A stretch of 40,323 nt of DNA, taken from Candidatus Pacearchaeota archaeon. Lineage in GTDB: Archaea; Nanobdellota; Nanobdellia; Pacearchaeales; GW2011-AR1. Positions 27,109-34,982 of the stretch are shown here, piece by piece. A model generated the notes under the pieces. The model was not told the origin of the DNA, made no database searches, and saw only the letters and a list, made by a program, of their open reading frames with translations. Location: positions 1 through 40,323 of the forward strand of contig JACPXY010000056.1 in the NCBI GenBank assembly GCA_016196285.1, in the 5' to 3' direction. The position numbers and the translations under genes are program-made. Numbering within the stretch: position 1 is the stretch's first letter; each line of letters opens with the position of its first letter.

Positions 27109-27428
27109 TAGATCGGCTCCAGGCTTGGACAGTGTGTTGCCAAATCCTTCTTTATTCTAAGAATATTCTCTTCTAGGCCTTCGAATTGAACAATTGCTTG
27201 CTCAGTGTCCTCGGCCTTGCCGACACCAGGGATAACTCCTAGATAAACTCTTCCATCTGGATCTGGTGTTTCGTACGCTACTCTGAAGTCGCTCCCTCTT
27301 TGAGGAAGATTCATCATGACCAATCCAAGCCTCTCTGCTGCTCTGCTAATTTCTGCAGAAACCTGATCTGCAAGATGCGATGCAACCTCTATACCATTAT
27401 GACTCACTCGATATGAGAAGAGAGCCAT
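27108..27428 (-). CDS. hypothetical protein (106 aa) embedded in the r-protein operon
   Basis: It has 1-nt TAATG overlaps with L39e upstream and L31e downstream. No family recognised. Confidence 0.55.
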   Translation of the reverse strand: MALFSYRVSHNGIEVASHLADQVSAEISRAAERLGLVMMNLPQRGSDFRVAYETPDPDGRVYLGVIPGVGKAEDTEQAIVQFEGLEENILRIKKDLATHCPSLEPI

Positions 27429-27673
27429 TATCCTAAATGAGACCTCGGGGCTCGACGTGGTTTAATCTTCAGCTTTGTTCTTCTCCAGTGCCTTCTTCTG
27501 ACAGTAATTTGCGAAGGATGTGCGCGCTTGCCTTTGCCTGCTTTTCTTAGAACTGCCCAGAACGGAGCCCACTTTGTCTGGCGCTGTGCAACTGCGAGCT
27601 TTACTTTCTTCTGATACTCTTTCTTCATCCGCTTCATGTTATGCTGCGAATGCGAGCTCCTCTCTCGCTTCAT
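27428..27673 (-). CDS. rpl39e: ribosomal protein L39e (start uncertain)
   Basis: ...QTKWAPFWAVLRKAGKGKRAHPSQITVRRRHWRRTKLKI contains the RRHWRR signature. Several candidate Met starts exist. Confidence 0.75.
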   Translation of the reverse strand: MKRERSSHSQHNMKRMKKEYQKKVKLAVAQRQTKWAPFWAVLRKAGKGKRAHPSQITVRRRHWRRTKLKIKPRRAPRSHLG

Positions 27674-27790
27674 TATCAGATGACTTTCTCGGACAGTAGG
27701 TTACCTCTCCAATAACGCCTCGAAGTTCCCAATGCTCCCCTCTGACCCGATAGGTCACTTTCTCGTCTCTGACTTTAAACTTATAAATAA

Positions 27791-28198
27791 TCATTTGATT
27801 GCCTCCATGAATTGCCTGCCATTTGCAGTCAGTTGCCTGCCTGCGCGCTTGCCTTTGGTCTTTTCCAGCAATCCTGCTGTTTCTGCCTGCTGTAGAATCA
27901 GACGAATTATCTTACCGCCTGCTTTGATGAATCGCGGAGGCTGCATACCCATATCTTTACGCCCTCCATACCTAGTTCTAAGACGGCCTACTCCAATAAC
28001 ACCTCGTGTGTATGCCTGCCGAAGAATGCTTGCAGCGCGCCTGTACCAGAAATCTTCATCAATGACTGGCCGCTGTTTGTGCGCTCCGGTCTTGACTAGA
28101 TCAATCCATGTCGGCTTCGGAAAATCTCCTGACTGCTTTAGTGCTTCAGCTAACTTTAGATTGTATTCTGCTGGCTCAATGATTCGTATGTCTGCCAT
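27791..28198 (-). CDS. rps19e: ribosomal protein S19e
   Basis: KPTWIDLVKTGAHKQRPVIDEDFWYRRAASILRQAY...GVGRLRTRYGGRK matches the S19e pattern. Confidence 0.9.
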   Translation of the reverse strand: MADIRIIEPAEYNLKLAEALKQSGDFPKPTWIDLVKTGAHKQRPVIDEDFWYRRAASILRQAYTRGVIGVGRLRTRYGGRKDMGMQPPRFIKAGGKIIRLILQQAETAGLLEKTKGKRAGRQLTANGRQFMEAIK

Positions 28199-28273
28199 CT
28201 TGATGTCTGGTCGTGCTTTGCAGCACTAGAGCGGCCATAGGCCGTTAAACCGAGTGTGGGTGCCAAAGTGCAT

Positions 28274-28534
28274 TTATAAACCTTGCTTCTTGCTTCCCCG
28301 GCGAGAAAGTATGATTGTAAAGCCGATTACTCGAGAGACACAGCGCGTAGTTAGCTGAGAGTTAAGCATTTCAGCAAGATGAAGCATGGTCTCTTTTTTT
28401 CGCCCTGCTGACTTCAAGACGCTGACTCTGACTTGTTTATAGTTTTTCAAGAGTGCATCTAATGCTATGACAACTCCCGGCGTTATTCCTGCCTTGCCAA
28501 TCTGAAATTGAGCAACTCCCTTTAGACCCGACAT
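28274..28534 (-). CDS. YhbY/CRM-domain RNA-binding protein
   Basis: FQIGKAGITPGVVIALDALLKNYKQVRVSVLK matches the CRS1_YhbY pattern. Confidence 0.7.
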   Translation of the reverse strand: MSGLKGVAQFQIGKAGITPGVVIALDALLKNYKQVRVSVLKSAGRKKETMLHLAEMLNSQLTTRCVSRVIGFTIILSRRGSKKQGL

Positions 28535-29103
28535 ACTCTGAATCCTCCGGTGGGCAAGGCAGAGAGCACTTCATCCTGCCTTAGATTATCATCTAATTCC
28601 AACTCGAGCTTTGTGAGCATGTCATTCTTTTCAATAGTTCCTGGACATATCTTAAGCACTGACTTCTGCTTCTTCATCAATGAAATCTCCGGCACTGCCC
28701 TCAACACTCCCTGCTGCTTTGTAATAACCAGTTCAAGGGGCACAGTGATTCGCTGAACCTTTCCATAAACTCCCCATGTGCCTGCGTTCATTCCTTTATT
28801 CTTATGCAGCTGCGAAGAATGGAAGATGTCTACTACCGTTGAGGGTGAATTTGATTTCCAAGCTTTGCTAAAACAGCCGGTAAAGATTGCACACTCGCGT
28901 ATATCTTGCTGTGAGAGGGTTGCAAGGTCTGCAGAAATAACGCAGAATGGACTGCCTGGCTCTGAAGTATGCATGATCAAGCGCTCGTATCCTGCATGCT
29001 TTATGCTTGATAGAAGCTGGTCATTCTGCAGCGCATTCTTACCGCCGATAACCATCTTGCCTGAAGCAGTAAAAAACCAACGGTATTTCCTGAAATCTTC
29101 CAT
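28522..29103 (-). CDS. NFACT-R_1 (DUF814) RNA-binding domain protein
   Basis: YRWFFTASGKMVIGGKNALQNDQLL...LIMHTSEPGSPFCVI matches the DUF814 core. Confidence 0.65.
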   Translation of the reverse strand: MEDFRKYRWFFTASGKMVIGGKNALQNDQLLSSIKHAGYERLIMHTSEPGSPFCVISADLATLSQQDIRECAIFTGCFSKAWKSNSPSTVVDIFHSSQLHKNKGMNAGTWGVYGKVQRITVPLELVITKQQGVLRAVPEISLMKKQKSVLKICPGTIEKNDMLTKLELELDDNLRQDEVLSALPTGGFRVCRV

Positions 29104-29174
29104 ACACCCTCATGGAAAAGACATTTTTTAAGCTTGTGTATTGTGTACAGTGAACTTTCTAGCGCACTATAGTG

Positions 29175-29765
29175 TTAAAAGAGGCCTTCCTTGAGGACTT
29201 CAAGGATGAAGAAGTTCCCTCCGACATCCTGATTTGTCTGCGTGTCCCTGACATCGATGAACACTTTCTGTGTACATGTGGCAGTTCCTTTAGGCACGTT
29301 AATAATGACTCGTGCAAACGCTGTTGAGCCATCAAATTTATCGAATGAAAGCGGCTGGTCAAGTGCTGTCTTAAACATGCTGATTGTCTGTGCTTTGCCG
29401 ATCTGTTTGACGCAATTCTGTCCTATGCCTTCCTCAATCTTCAGAGTGTATTTAAGGCGCTCACGCGTGGTCGGAGAACCGTCAAGTGTGCGTGCACCAA
29501 TGGCCACCCCGAAATCTCCTGAATCAGGCTTAACTTTAGCGGTCTGGTCTGGTCCTAATCTGACCACTACATCCTCCCCTTCCTCTGCAAAGAGAGATGC
29601 TAATGCGTTAGTGACTTTATCATTTAAGTCATCGACGCTGGATGTTGCTCCTGTGAAGATTGTTCGTACCAAGATAAGACCTAGGATGAGCATGCTCATG
29701 CCCAGCACGAGAATAACGACTGTACCTATGGAGAGTTCAAGTGCGCCTTTTTTATTTTCTTTCAT
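29175..29765 (-). CDS. class-III signal peptide (pilin-like) protein
   Basis: The internal Met at 29765 gives MKENKKG|ALELSIGTVVILVLGMSMLILGLILV. There is an ATGA overlap with the upstream membrane-protein gene. Confidence 0.55.
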   Translation of the reverse strand: MKENKKGALELSIGTVVILVLGMSMLILGLILVRTIFTGATSSVDDLNDKVTNALASLFAEEGEDVVVRLGPDQTAKVKPDSGDFGVAIGARTLDGSPTTRERLKYTLKIEEGIGQNCVKQIGKAQTISMFKTALDQPLSFDKFDGSTAFARVIINVPKGTATCTQKVFIDVRDTQTNQDVGGNFFILEVLKEGLF

Positions 29766-30088
29766 GGCGAGATAGGACTCAGCTGTACTTGCTGTATATA
29801 TGAAGGAATGTTTGCGCAAGTGCCTGCAAGTGTACAGAGCTGGATTAACCCATACACTAAAATAATCACGCTTAAGAGCACTCCTACTGCGGAAAGCCAG
29901 AATCCCCACGATGCCCACGATGTCTGCATAACTCTGCGCTGTTTAGATGCAAGAATCATCCCGATTACCCCTAAGATTATTCCTCCAAGTGATGAGAGTA
30001 CAATACTTAGTATGCCGAGCACTACTGCAGCTGTCCCGAAACTATTATCTGCCCGCAAAGAACCAGCAGGCTCACGCTCTTTCTTCAT
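29762..30088 (-). CDS. small membrane protein (DUF4190-like)
   Basis: Two long hydrophobic segments (TAAVVLGILSIVLSSLGGIILGVIGMILA and FWLSAVGVLLSVIILVYGL). Confidence 0.5.
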   Translation of the reverse strand: MKKEREPAGSLRADNSFGTAAVVLGILSIVLSSLGGIILGVIGMILASKQRRVMQTSWASWGFWLSAVGVLLSVIILVYGLIQLCTLAGTCANIPSYIQQVQLSPISP

Positions 30089-30386
30089 GGCATAGATATG
30101 CCGAGTGATTTTATAAACGTTGTGCTGGAAGAAGACTATTACCAGTACATCTCCCGTGAACTAAAAAGATCTAATGAGAATATCTTTGTGCTAAGATTCG
30201 TTAAATGGAGAACCCGCGTACAGCCGATGACCTCATGAGAAGACTATAGGTATTCCCTAATATCTTGTAAATATAGATACTAACTGGATTGCGTACTTTA
30301 CCACCATATTCTTCTAATGCTTTATTTAAAGACAATACTGGGAGATTAGTGGGGAGAGATAAAATCTAGAAAGATAGATTAAGCAG

Positions 30387-31880
30387 CTAAAAGCTGCTGA
30401 ATCCTGAAAATTCCTGGAGTCTATAGATAATCTGCTTGAATCTTGAGGTATCTTTGTATACCTCAAAATCGAGAGTGTAATTGGCTCCTTTATTCCCAAA
30501 GATTCTCTCAAAGTAGGAATTAACTTCATCTGAGATTCTTGAATCTTCATCTGCAATTATTCTCAAAGATGTTTCTGCATTTAAATCGGCAAGATTCCTC
30601 CTTGTGTAGTTTGCTGAACCTCCATAAATTATTACTTCGCCATCTGCCTTTTTGATAATAAGCAGTTTTGTATGGAATTGCTCGCCTTTTGTGTCATACC
30701 ATCTAATTTGAATTTTTCCTGATGACTTCCTTGTTAATTCAAAGGCAACCTGCCTGTTTGGAATTCCGTTCTTTTCCCTTGCAAAAGCGTCTTTGTTAGA
30801 ATCTAGAATTATTCTGATGCTCGCATTTCTTTCAGAAGCTGAAAGCAAGGCATTTACAATATCTCTGTCTGATAGATAGAACATTGCCAAGTCTATTGAA
30901 TCGCCATCTCCTAGAGAGTTTAGGTCAGAGAGAATATTCTTCTTTATTTTTCCTTCTGTGAGAAGCTGGACTCTTAATTTTTTGTTATCGGTTATTGTGA
31001 ATTTTTCAGGCATATATAATTCAGGAATGTCGAAGCCGGAGAACTTTGCAACGGCCCTTTCAGATTTTATTATTTCATCTCCAAAATCCCCCTTCACAAT
31101 AAATCCTATATTTGAATGATAGCTGCTTGCAGAGTGAGGATTTCCTGATGTAACGAGTGAAGCTAATGAAGAATTTGAGTCTGCAACTATTACCTTTCTG
31201 TGATTGGCTTTCGTATTCATCAGCTTAAGGAATGAACGTATTGTAACATTCTTATCCGTTCTTCCTAGAGGATGCTTCAAAGTTCCAGAACCTTCTGTAC
31301 CAAACCATTGAATATATGTGCGCCAGATGCTTGAATAATAGGGATTGGAATCCCTTAACTTTGTCAGATCAGTTATTATCACGCTTATTCCCCCTTCCTT
31401 AAGCGATTTTATCTCTTCAGATTCATATGAACCATAAAAATTATTTATTTCATCCGTTATAAAATAAATCTGAATGCCTGGATTTTCTTTCTTCTTTTCT
31501 ATAAGTCTCTCTTGAAGCAAAGAAGCAAGGCCTATGAAATCGCGCTGGTCTGCATAATCTGTGTTGAAAAGAAACATGTCAATAACTATGAATTTTTGAG
31601 CATTATCAATTATAGAAAAGACATTGCTGAATATCTCCTGCTCATGCATTTTAGAGCCGTTGGATGATTGATATGTTATATCATAAAGAAATTCAAGGTC
31701 ATCCTCCGAAACCGAGTATATCTGGCCTTCATAGCTTATCCCTTCAGGAAGGGGCTTGAAAGTATTAATTGCCGCAATAAGAGCCCAGAGAACAATTATA
31801 AAGAGAAGAATACCTAAAGAAACCCTTCTTTTACTTACACTCACCACCTCTTTCTTCATAGTACTTGTATCATTCTCCAA
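30387..31880 (-). CDS. membrane-anchored phospholipase D / cardiolipin synthase-like protein (two HKD motifs)
   Basis: N-terminal TM (LGILLFIIVLWALIAAI). HKD motif 1 is HRKVIVAD...SGNP and HKD motif 2 is HTKLLIIK...GGSANYT. Confidence 0.75.
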   Translation of the reverse strand: MENDTSTMKKEVVSVSKRRVSLGILLFIIVLWALIAAINTFKPLPEGISYEGQIYSVSEDDLEFLYDITYQSSNGSKMHEQEIFSNVFSIIDNAQKFIVIDMFLFNTDYADQRDFIGLASLLQERLIEKKKENPGIQIYFITDEINNFYGSYESEEIKSLKEGGISVIITDLTKLRDSNPYYSSIWRTYIQWFGTEGSGTLKHPLGRTDKNVTIRSFLKLMNTKANHRKVIVADSNSSLASLVTSGNPHSASSYHSNIGFIVKGDFGDEIIKSERAVAKFSGFDIPELYMPEKFTITDNKKLRVQLLTEGKIKKNILSDLNSLGDGDSIDLAMFYLSDRDIVNALLSASERNASIRIILDSNKDAFAREKNGIPNRQVAFELTRKSSGKIQIRWYDTKGEQFHTKLLIIKKADGEVIIYGGSANYTRRNLADLNAETSLRIIADEDSRISDEVNSYFERIFGNKGANYTLDFEVYKDTSRFKQIIYRLQEFSGFSSF

Positions 31881-32781
31881 AGTTTATAATATCTCTTATC
31901 AAAGCAATCTTATCATAATCTAATAGAAGAACATGGCTTGAATTGTTGTACCATTTTAGCTCTTTAACGCCTGAATTAACATTTTCATAAATAACTTCTG
32001 CACTTTTCTTTCCGGCTGTTGGATCTTTCATTGAATGAGCTATGAAAACTGGCTCGTCTATCTTATTCAGATTATCTCTGGACTCATCTATAAATTGAAA
32101 TGAATCTCTTATTGGCTGGTACGGCATGTTCCAGTATGCAACATGGATTTCTCTCCCTTCTGGATTATTTATCTGTGCAATCTCGATCTTCTTGTTATAG
32201 TGGACAAATGGTGTGAATAGGTATATGAAAGTCCTAAGAGGAAGAACTCTTACAACCTTGTAAGGCATGTAAATAAAAGAATTCAATGCGAAGATAGCAT
32301 TCAGCTCATTTTCTTCAGCAAGCTTCAATACTATCGGAACCGACAGCGAGGAGCCTAGAACGTTTACCTTGTTGCATTTTCTCTGTACTTTAAGCAGTTC
32401 CTCAGAGATTTGCAAGTACCAATAATCTAGATTTTTTCCAAGAAGTTCTGAGGGAACCTGTGAATGACCTTCGAGCAAGGGAACAAATACTGTGTGATTT
32501 AAGCCGATGTTAATCTCGTGCGCGAGTTCGCTCATTTCCAGAGGAGTTGCTACATAGCTGTGGATAAGAAGCCAGCATGTTTCATTATCTCCTTCTATAG
32601 AAAAAGCAGATGCATTTTCTATAAATTCAGATTCATCATAGCTCCAGTATTTCAAATCTCTAGAATCAATTTTTGACTTCTGAAAGATGCCCGTTTCTAT
32701 AGATAAATTGATAATGAAGATTGCCACTATGGTTAATAATACTGCTAGATATTTCATCTTTGATCTTGCTTGCGCTTTCAT
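31870..32781 (-). CDS. membrane-anchored alpha/beta hydrolase (esterase/lipase-like)
   Basis: N-terminal TM. WLLIHSY...PLLEGHS, a nucleophile-elbow-like VLGSSLS, then DPT and SSHVLL (candidate Ser/Asp/His triad). Its 3' end overlaps the PLD gene start by 11 nt. Confidence 0.6.
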   Translation of the reverse strand: MKAQARSKMKYLAVLLTIVAIFIINLSIETGIFQKSKIDSRDLKYWSYDESEFIENASAFSIEGDNETCWLLIHSYVATPLEMSELAHEINIGLNHTVFVPLLEGHSQVPSELLGKNLDYWYLQISEELLKVQRKCNKVNVLGSSLSVPIVLKLAEENELNAIFALNSFIYMPYKVVRVLPLRTFIYLFTPFVHYNKKIEIAQINNPEGREIHVAYWNMPYQPIRDSFQFIDESRDNLNKIDEPVFIAHSMKDPTAGKKSAEVIYENVNSGVKELKWYNNSSHVLLLDYDKIALIRDIINFGE

Positions 32782-32815
32782 CTAGAGGATAATGAAGGTA
32801 GATATTTATTCCAAA

Positions 32816-32887
32816 TGGGAGTGGAGGGAATCGAACCCCCGACACCACGAGCTTCAGTCGTGTGCTCTCCCACTGAGCTACACTCCC
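32816..32887 (-). tRNA. tRNA-Phe (anticodon GAA), no encoded CCA
   Basis: The reverse complement folds as a cloverleaf. Acceptor stem GGGAGTG/CACTCCC, D arm GCTC-AGTGGGA-GAGC, anticodon arm CACGA-CTGAAGC-TCGTG, T arm GGGGG-TTCGATT-CCCTC, discriminator A. Confidence 0.9.
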
Positions 32888-32925
32888 ACTGGTAGCTCAA
32901 GGGTTCCGAGAGGTTTTAAATGTTA

Positions 32926-33369
32926 TTAATCAGACGCAGGAGGAATAAGATCTGAATTATAGAATGGATCAAAACGTGAGACTTCCTGTTCGAATTCCCT
33001 GAACAATCGATCATAGTTCTCAAGGATGTTCTGAGGCACCGTCTGCTCATAGGCAGAGCGGATTCTCATAACTGCCTCATAGCTTCCTGCGTGATCATTG
33101 AATACTAGATCCAAGTACTTAGAATCTCCATATATGCCTGATCTTTCTGAGTATATGTCGCTTTGCCATGCTTCCTGGATTGGCGCTTCCTCCCTGCGCA
33201 TGTTTTTCAGTTCTGTTTCGAGCCAACTACTATAGCGTAGAATATTTTCAGTGTAATGCAGCTCAAGATTCTTGCGGAAGCTGGCTTCGATCGTGAAATA
33301 TCCGGCTCTCCAACGCTTCATTGCATCAAGTTCAGTATGTACTCTCTGTTTGAATGCAGTGAACATCAT
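32926..33369 (-). CDS. hypothetical protein (147 aa)
   Basis: Intact ORF. No motif recognised. Confidence 0.4.
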   Translation of the reverse strand: MMFTAFKQRVHTELDAMKRWRAGYFTIEASFRKNLELHYTENILRYSSWLETELKNMRREEAPIQEAWQSDIYSERSGIYGDSKYLDLVFNDHAGSYEAVMRIRSAYEQTVPQNILENYDRLFREFEQEVSRFDPFYNSDLIPPASD

Positions 33370-33386
33370 TTAGACTATATGCTCCT

Positions 33387-33773
33387 CTATTTAAATGCGA
33401 CAATGGCTCTTCGCGCAGCTCCAAAGTGCTCAGTCATATTATCTCTAAAATTCTTAGTCCTATAGAGAGGATCAATTGTTCCTTCAATTGTTCTGGCTTC
33501 TTGATTGATAGAAAGAGCGACTACGCTGTCTTTTCCTTCGAATGTGACTATATATGCTCCTTGGGAAGAGCCTTCTCGGACAACTTTTGATGCTCCTGAA
33601 ATCTCAAAATACTCTCTCACTTTTGCGTCTAATTCAATAGGTGTAGGTATTTGTTCAACTGCTTCTAAAGAGAATTTCTCAAATCTTTCTGGAACCTCGC
33701 CTGAAAAGAGCACTCCATCTTTAGCTCCGAATGCTGATTTGAGATAGCTCCCTAATGTTCTGTCTTCATCCAT
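33387..33773 (-). CDS. hypothetical protein (128 aa)
   Basis: Intact ORF. No motif recognised. Confidence 0.4.
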   Translation of the reverse strand: MDEDRTLGSYLKSAFGAKDGVLFSGEVPERFEKFSLEAVEQIPTPIELDAKVREYFEISGASKVVREGSSQGAYIVTFEGKDSVVALSINQEARTIEGTIDPLYRTKNFRDNMTEHFGAARRAIVAFK

Positions 33774-33817
33774 GCCTTTAGATTATCTCTTTATTTAATT
33801 ACTTTTTGGTAGAAGTA

Positions 33818-34160
33818 TGTGAGCCAGTGTAGGCCAGATTCTGTCAGACCTCGCCATGAAGCGAACGGTCTGTGCTGACATCTGTCTCTGCGTGCGGCTA
33901 AGGCACTTGCATCCACGAAGACAGCCGTTTCATCTTATCTTAAAGGCATGCTCCCCGCATGGATCATTGCGCACTTCAAGCAGTGCCGTTTCTGTACTGG
34001 AGCTTAACCTTGCGGCTATCTGTCTTTCAACAGGTCGTGTTTTCTACAACCTTTCTTACAAGAAAGGTTGTAGGATGTCCGGACCTTCCTCAGGAAGAAC
34101 GAGTATACGCTCATTCGCTGATTGAACAGCACTTCCCGAAGTCAGCTCACTGGCTCACCT
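33818..34160 (-). ncRNA. rnpB: RNase P RNA (archaeal type)
   Basis: On the minus strand, the terminal helix is GTGAGCCAGTG (34158-34148) paired with CACTGGCTCAC (33829-33819). CR-I-like GAGGAAGGTCCGGAC, internal ACAGAAA, and 3'-proximal GACAGAATCTGGCCTAC (CR-V-like) are present, plus a 13-bp hairpin CTACAACCTTTCT/AGAAAGGTTGTAG. The plus-strand ORFs here are spurious. Confidence 0.8.
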
Positions 34161-34188
34161 AGAAGAGGTAAAAACAGACCTTATAAAT

Positions 34189-34632
34189 CTATTCTTTGGG
34201 TCTCAAGAAAAACAAGAGTGCTGCAAGCACAAGCAGAAGCACGGCGCCGCTGACAAGCTGGACAGCAGAGATACTAAATGCCTGACCTACTTCCTTGAAA
34301 AAGACGAGCTTTTCCACGACTCTGATGAGAAGCAAGATGATAATACAATTGATGATTGCTCTATTCTTCACTGGATTGTTCCAAGCAAAGAGAGCAAGTA
34401 ATGCTATGCCGAGCATGTATGCTCCTAATATGCGGATGATATGCGATGCCTGCGGATCCAAAGTAAGAGATGCTCCATAGAAAGCACTTGATGCGTTGAG
34501 TGCAGTCTCTCCGCCAATAAGTGCAGCAAGCCCAAGTAAAGTGTACCCTAAGATAATGACTGATAAAACTATGCGTAGTGCTAGGAATGGAGTGCCTTTC
34601 TGTCTTCTTTGTTGTTTCTTTTGTTGTTTCAT
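34189..34632 (-). CDS. small polytopic membrane protein
   Basis: The internal Met at 34632 (MKQQKKQQRRQKG...) has a TAATG overlap with the upstream gene. About 4 TM segments. Confidence 0.5.
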   Translation of the reverse strand: MKQQKKQQRRQKGTPFLALRIVLSVIILGYTLLGLAALIGGETALNASSAFYGASLTLDPQASHIIRILGAYMLGIALLALFAWNNPVKNRAIINCIIILLLIRVVEKLVFFKEVGQAFSISAVQLVSGAVLLLVLAALLFFLRPKE

Positions 34633-34946
34633 TAGAAGAATCCTGCAACCCCTATGAAGCATGCGCCGAAGCCCACTAGCAATAGAAGGAATGCTGCCAA
34701 GAAGAATGCGCTAGACTTGATACTATCCTTCTTGAAGATGTATACAATGCCTAAAATGGAGTTGATGAGTGCCTGAATTGGATAAAGGAAGAGAAGAAAT
34801 CCTAATTTCTGTATAAGCAGCAATGCAATGACATAGTAGATAAGGAAGATGATAAAGTTGACTCCCAGAATCTTCTTGAATGGAGATGCTTGTTCTTCAG
34901 CAACAGCATTCTGGACATACACACCTTCAGAGGGCATATCTGGCAT
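34632..34946 (-). CDS. small polytopic membrane protein
   Basis: 104 aa with about 3 hydrophobic segments. It lies directly downstream of the radical SAM gene. Confidence 0.5.
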   Translation of the reverse strand: MPDMPSEGVYVQNAVAEEQASPFKKILGVNFIIFLIYYVIALLLIQKLGFLLFLYPIQALINSILGIVYIFKKDSIKSSAFFLAAFLLLLVGFGACFIGVAGFF

Positions 34947-34982
34947 ATCTTATCAAAAGCGCGTTGTTATATAAACCTTCGG

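Noticed and set aside
27732-28229. 165-aa plus-strand ORF
   Set aside because: It is antisense to the strongly supported S19e gene.
29242-29775. 177-aa plus-strand ORF
   Set aside because: It is antisense to the pilin-like gene at 29175..29765. It has no start context and a Ser/Pro-rich artefactual composition.
32666-32848. 60-aa minus-strand ORF
   Set aside because: It overlaps the start of the alpha/beta hydrolase gene and the tRNA-Phe 3' end. It is spurious.
33856-34162. Plus-strand ORFs 33856..34125 and 33959..34162
   Set aside because: They overlap the RNase P RNA gene on the opposite strand. They have no coding features.
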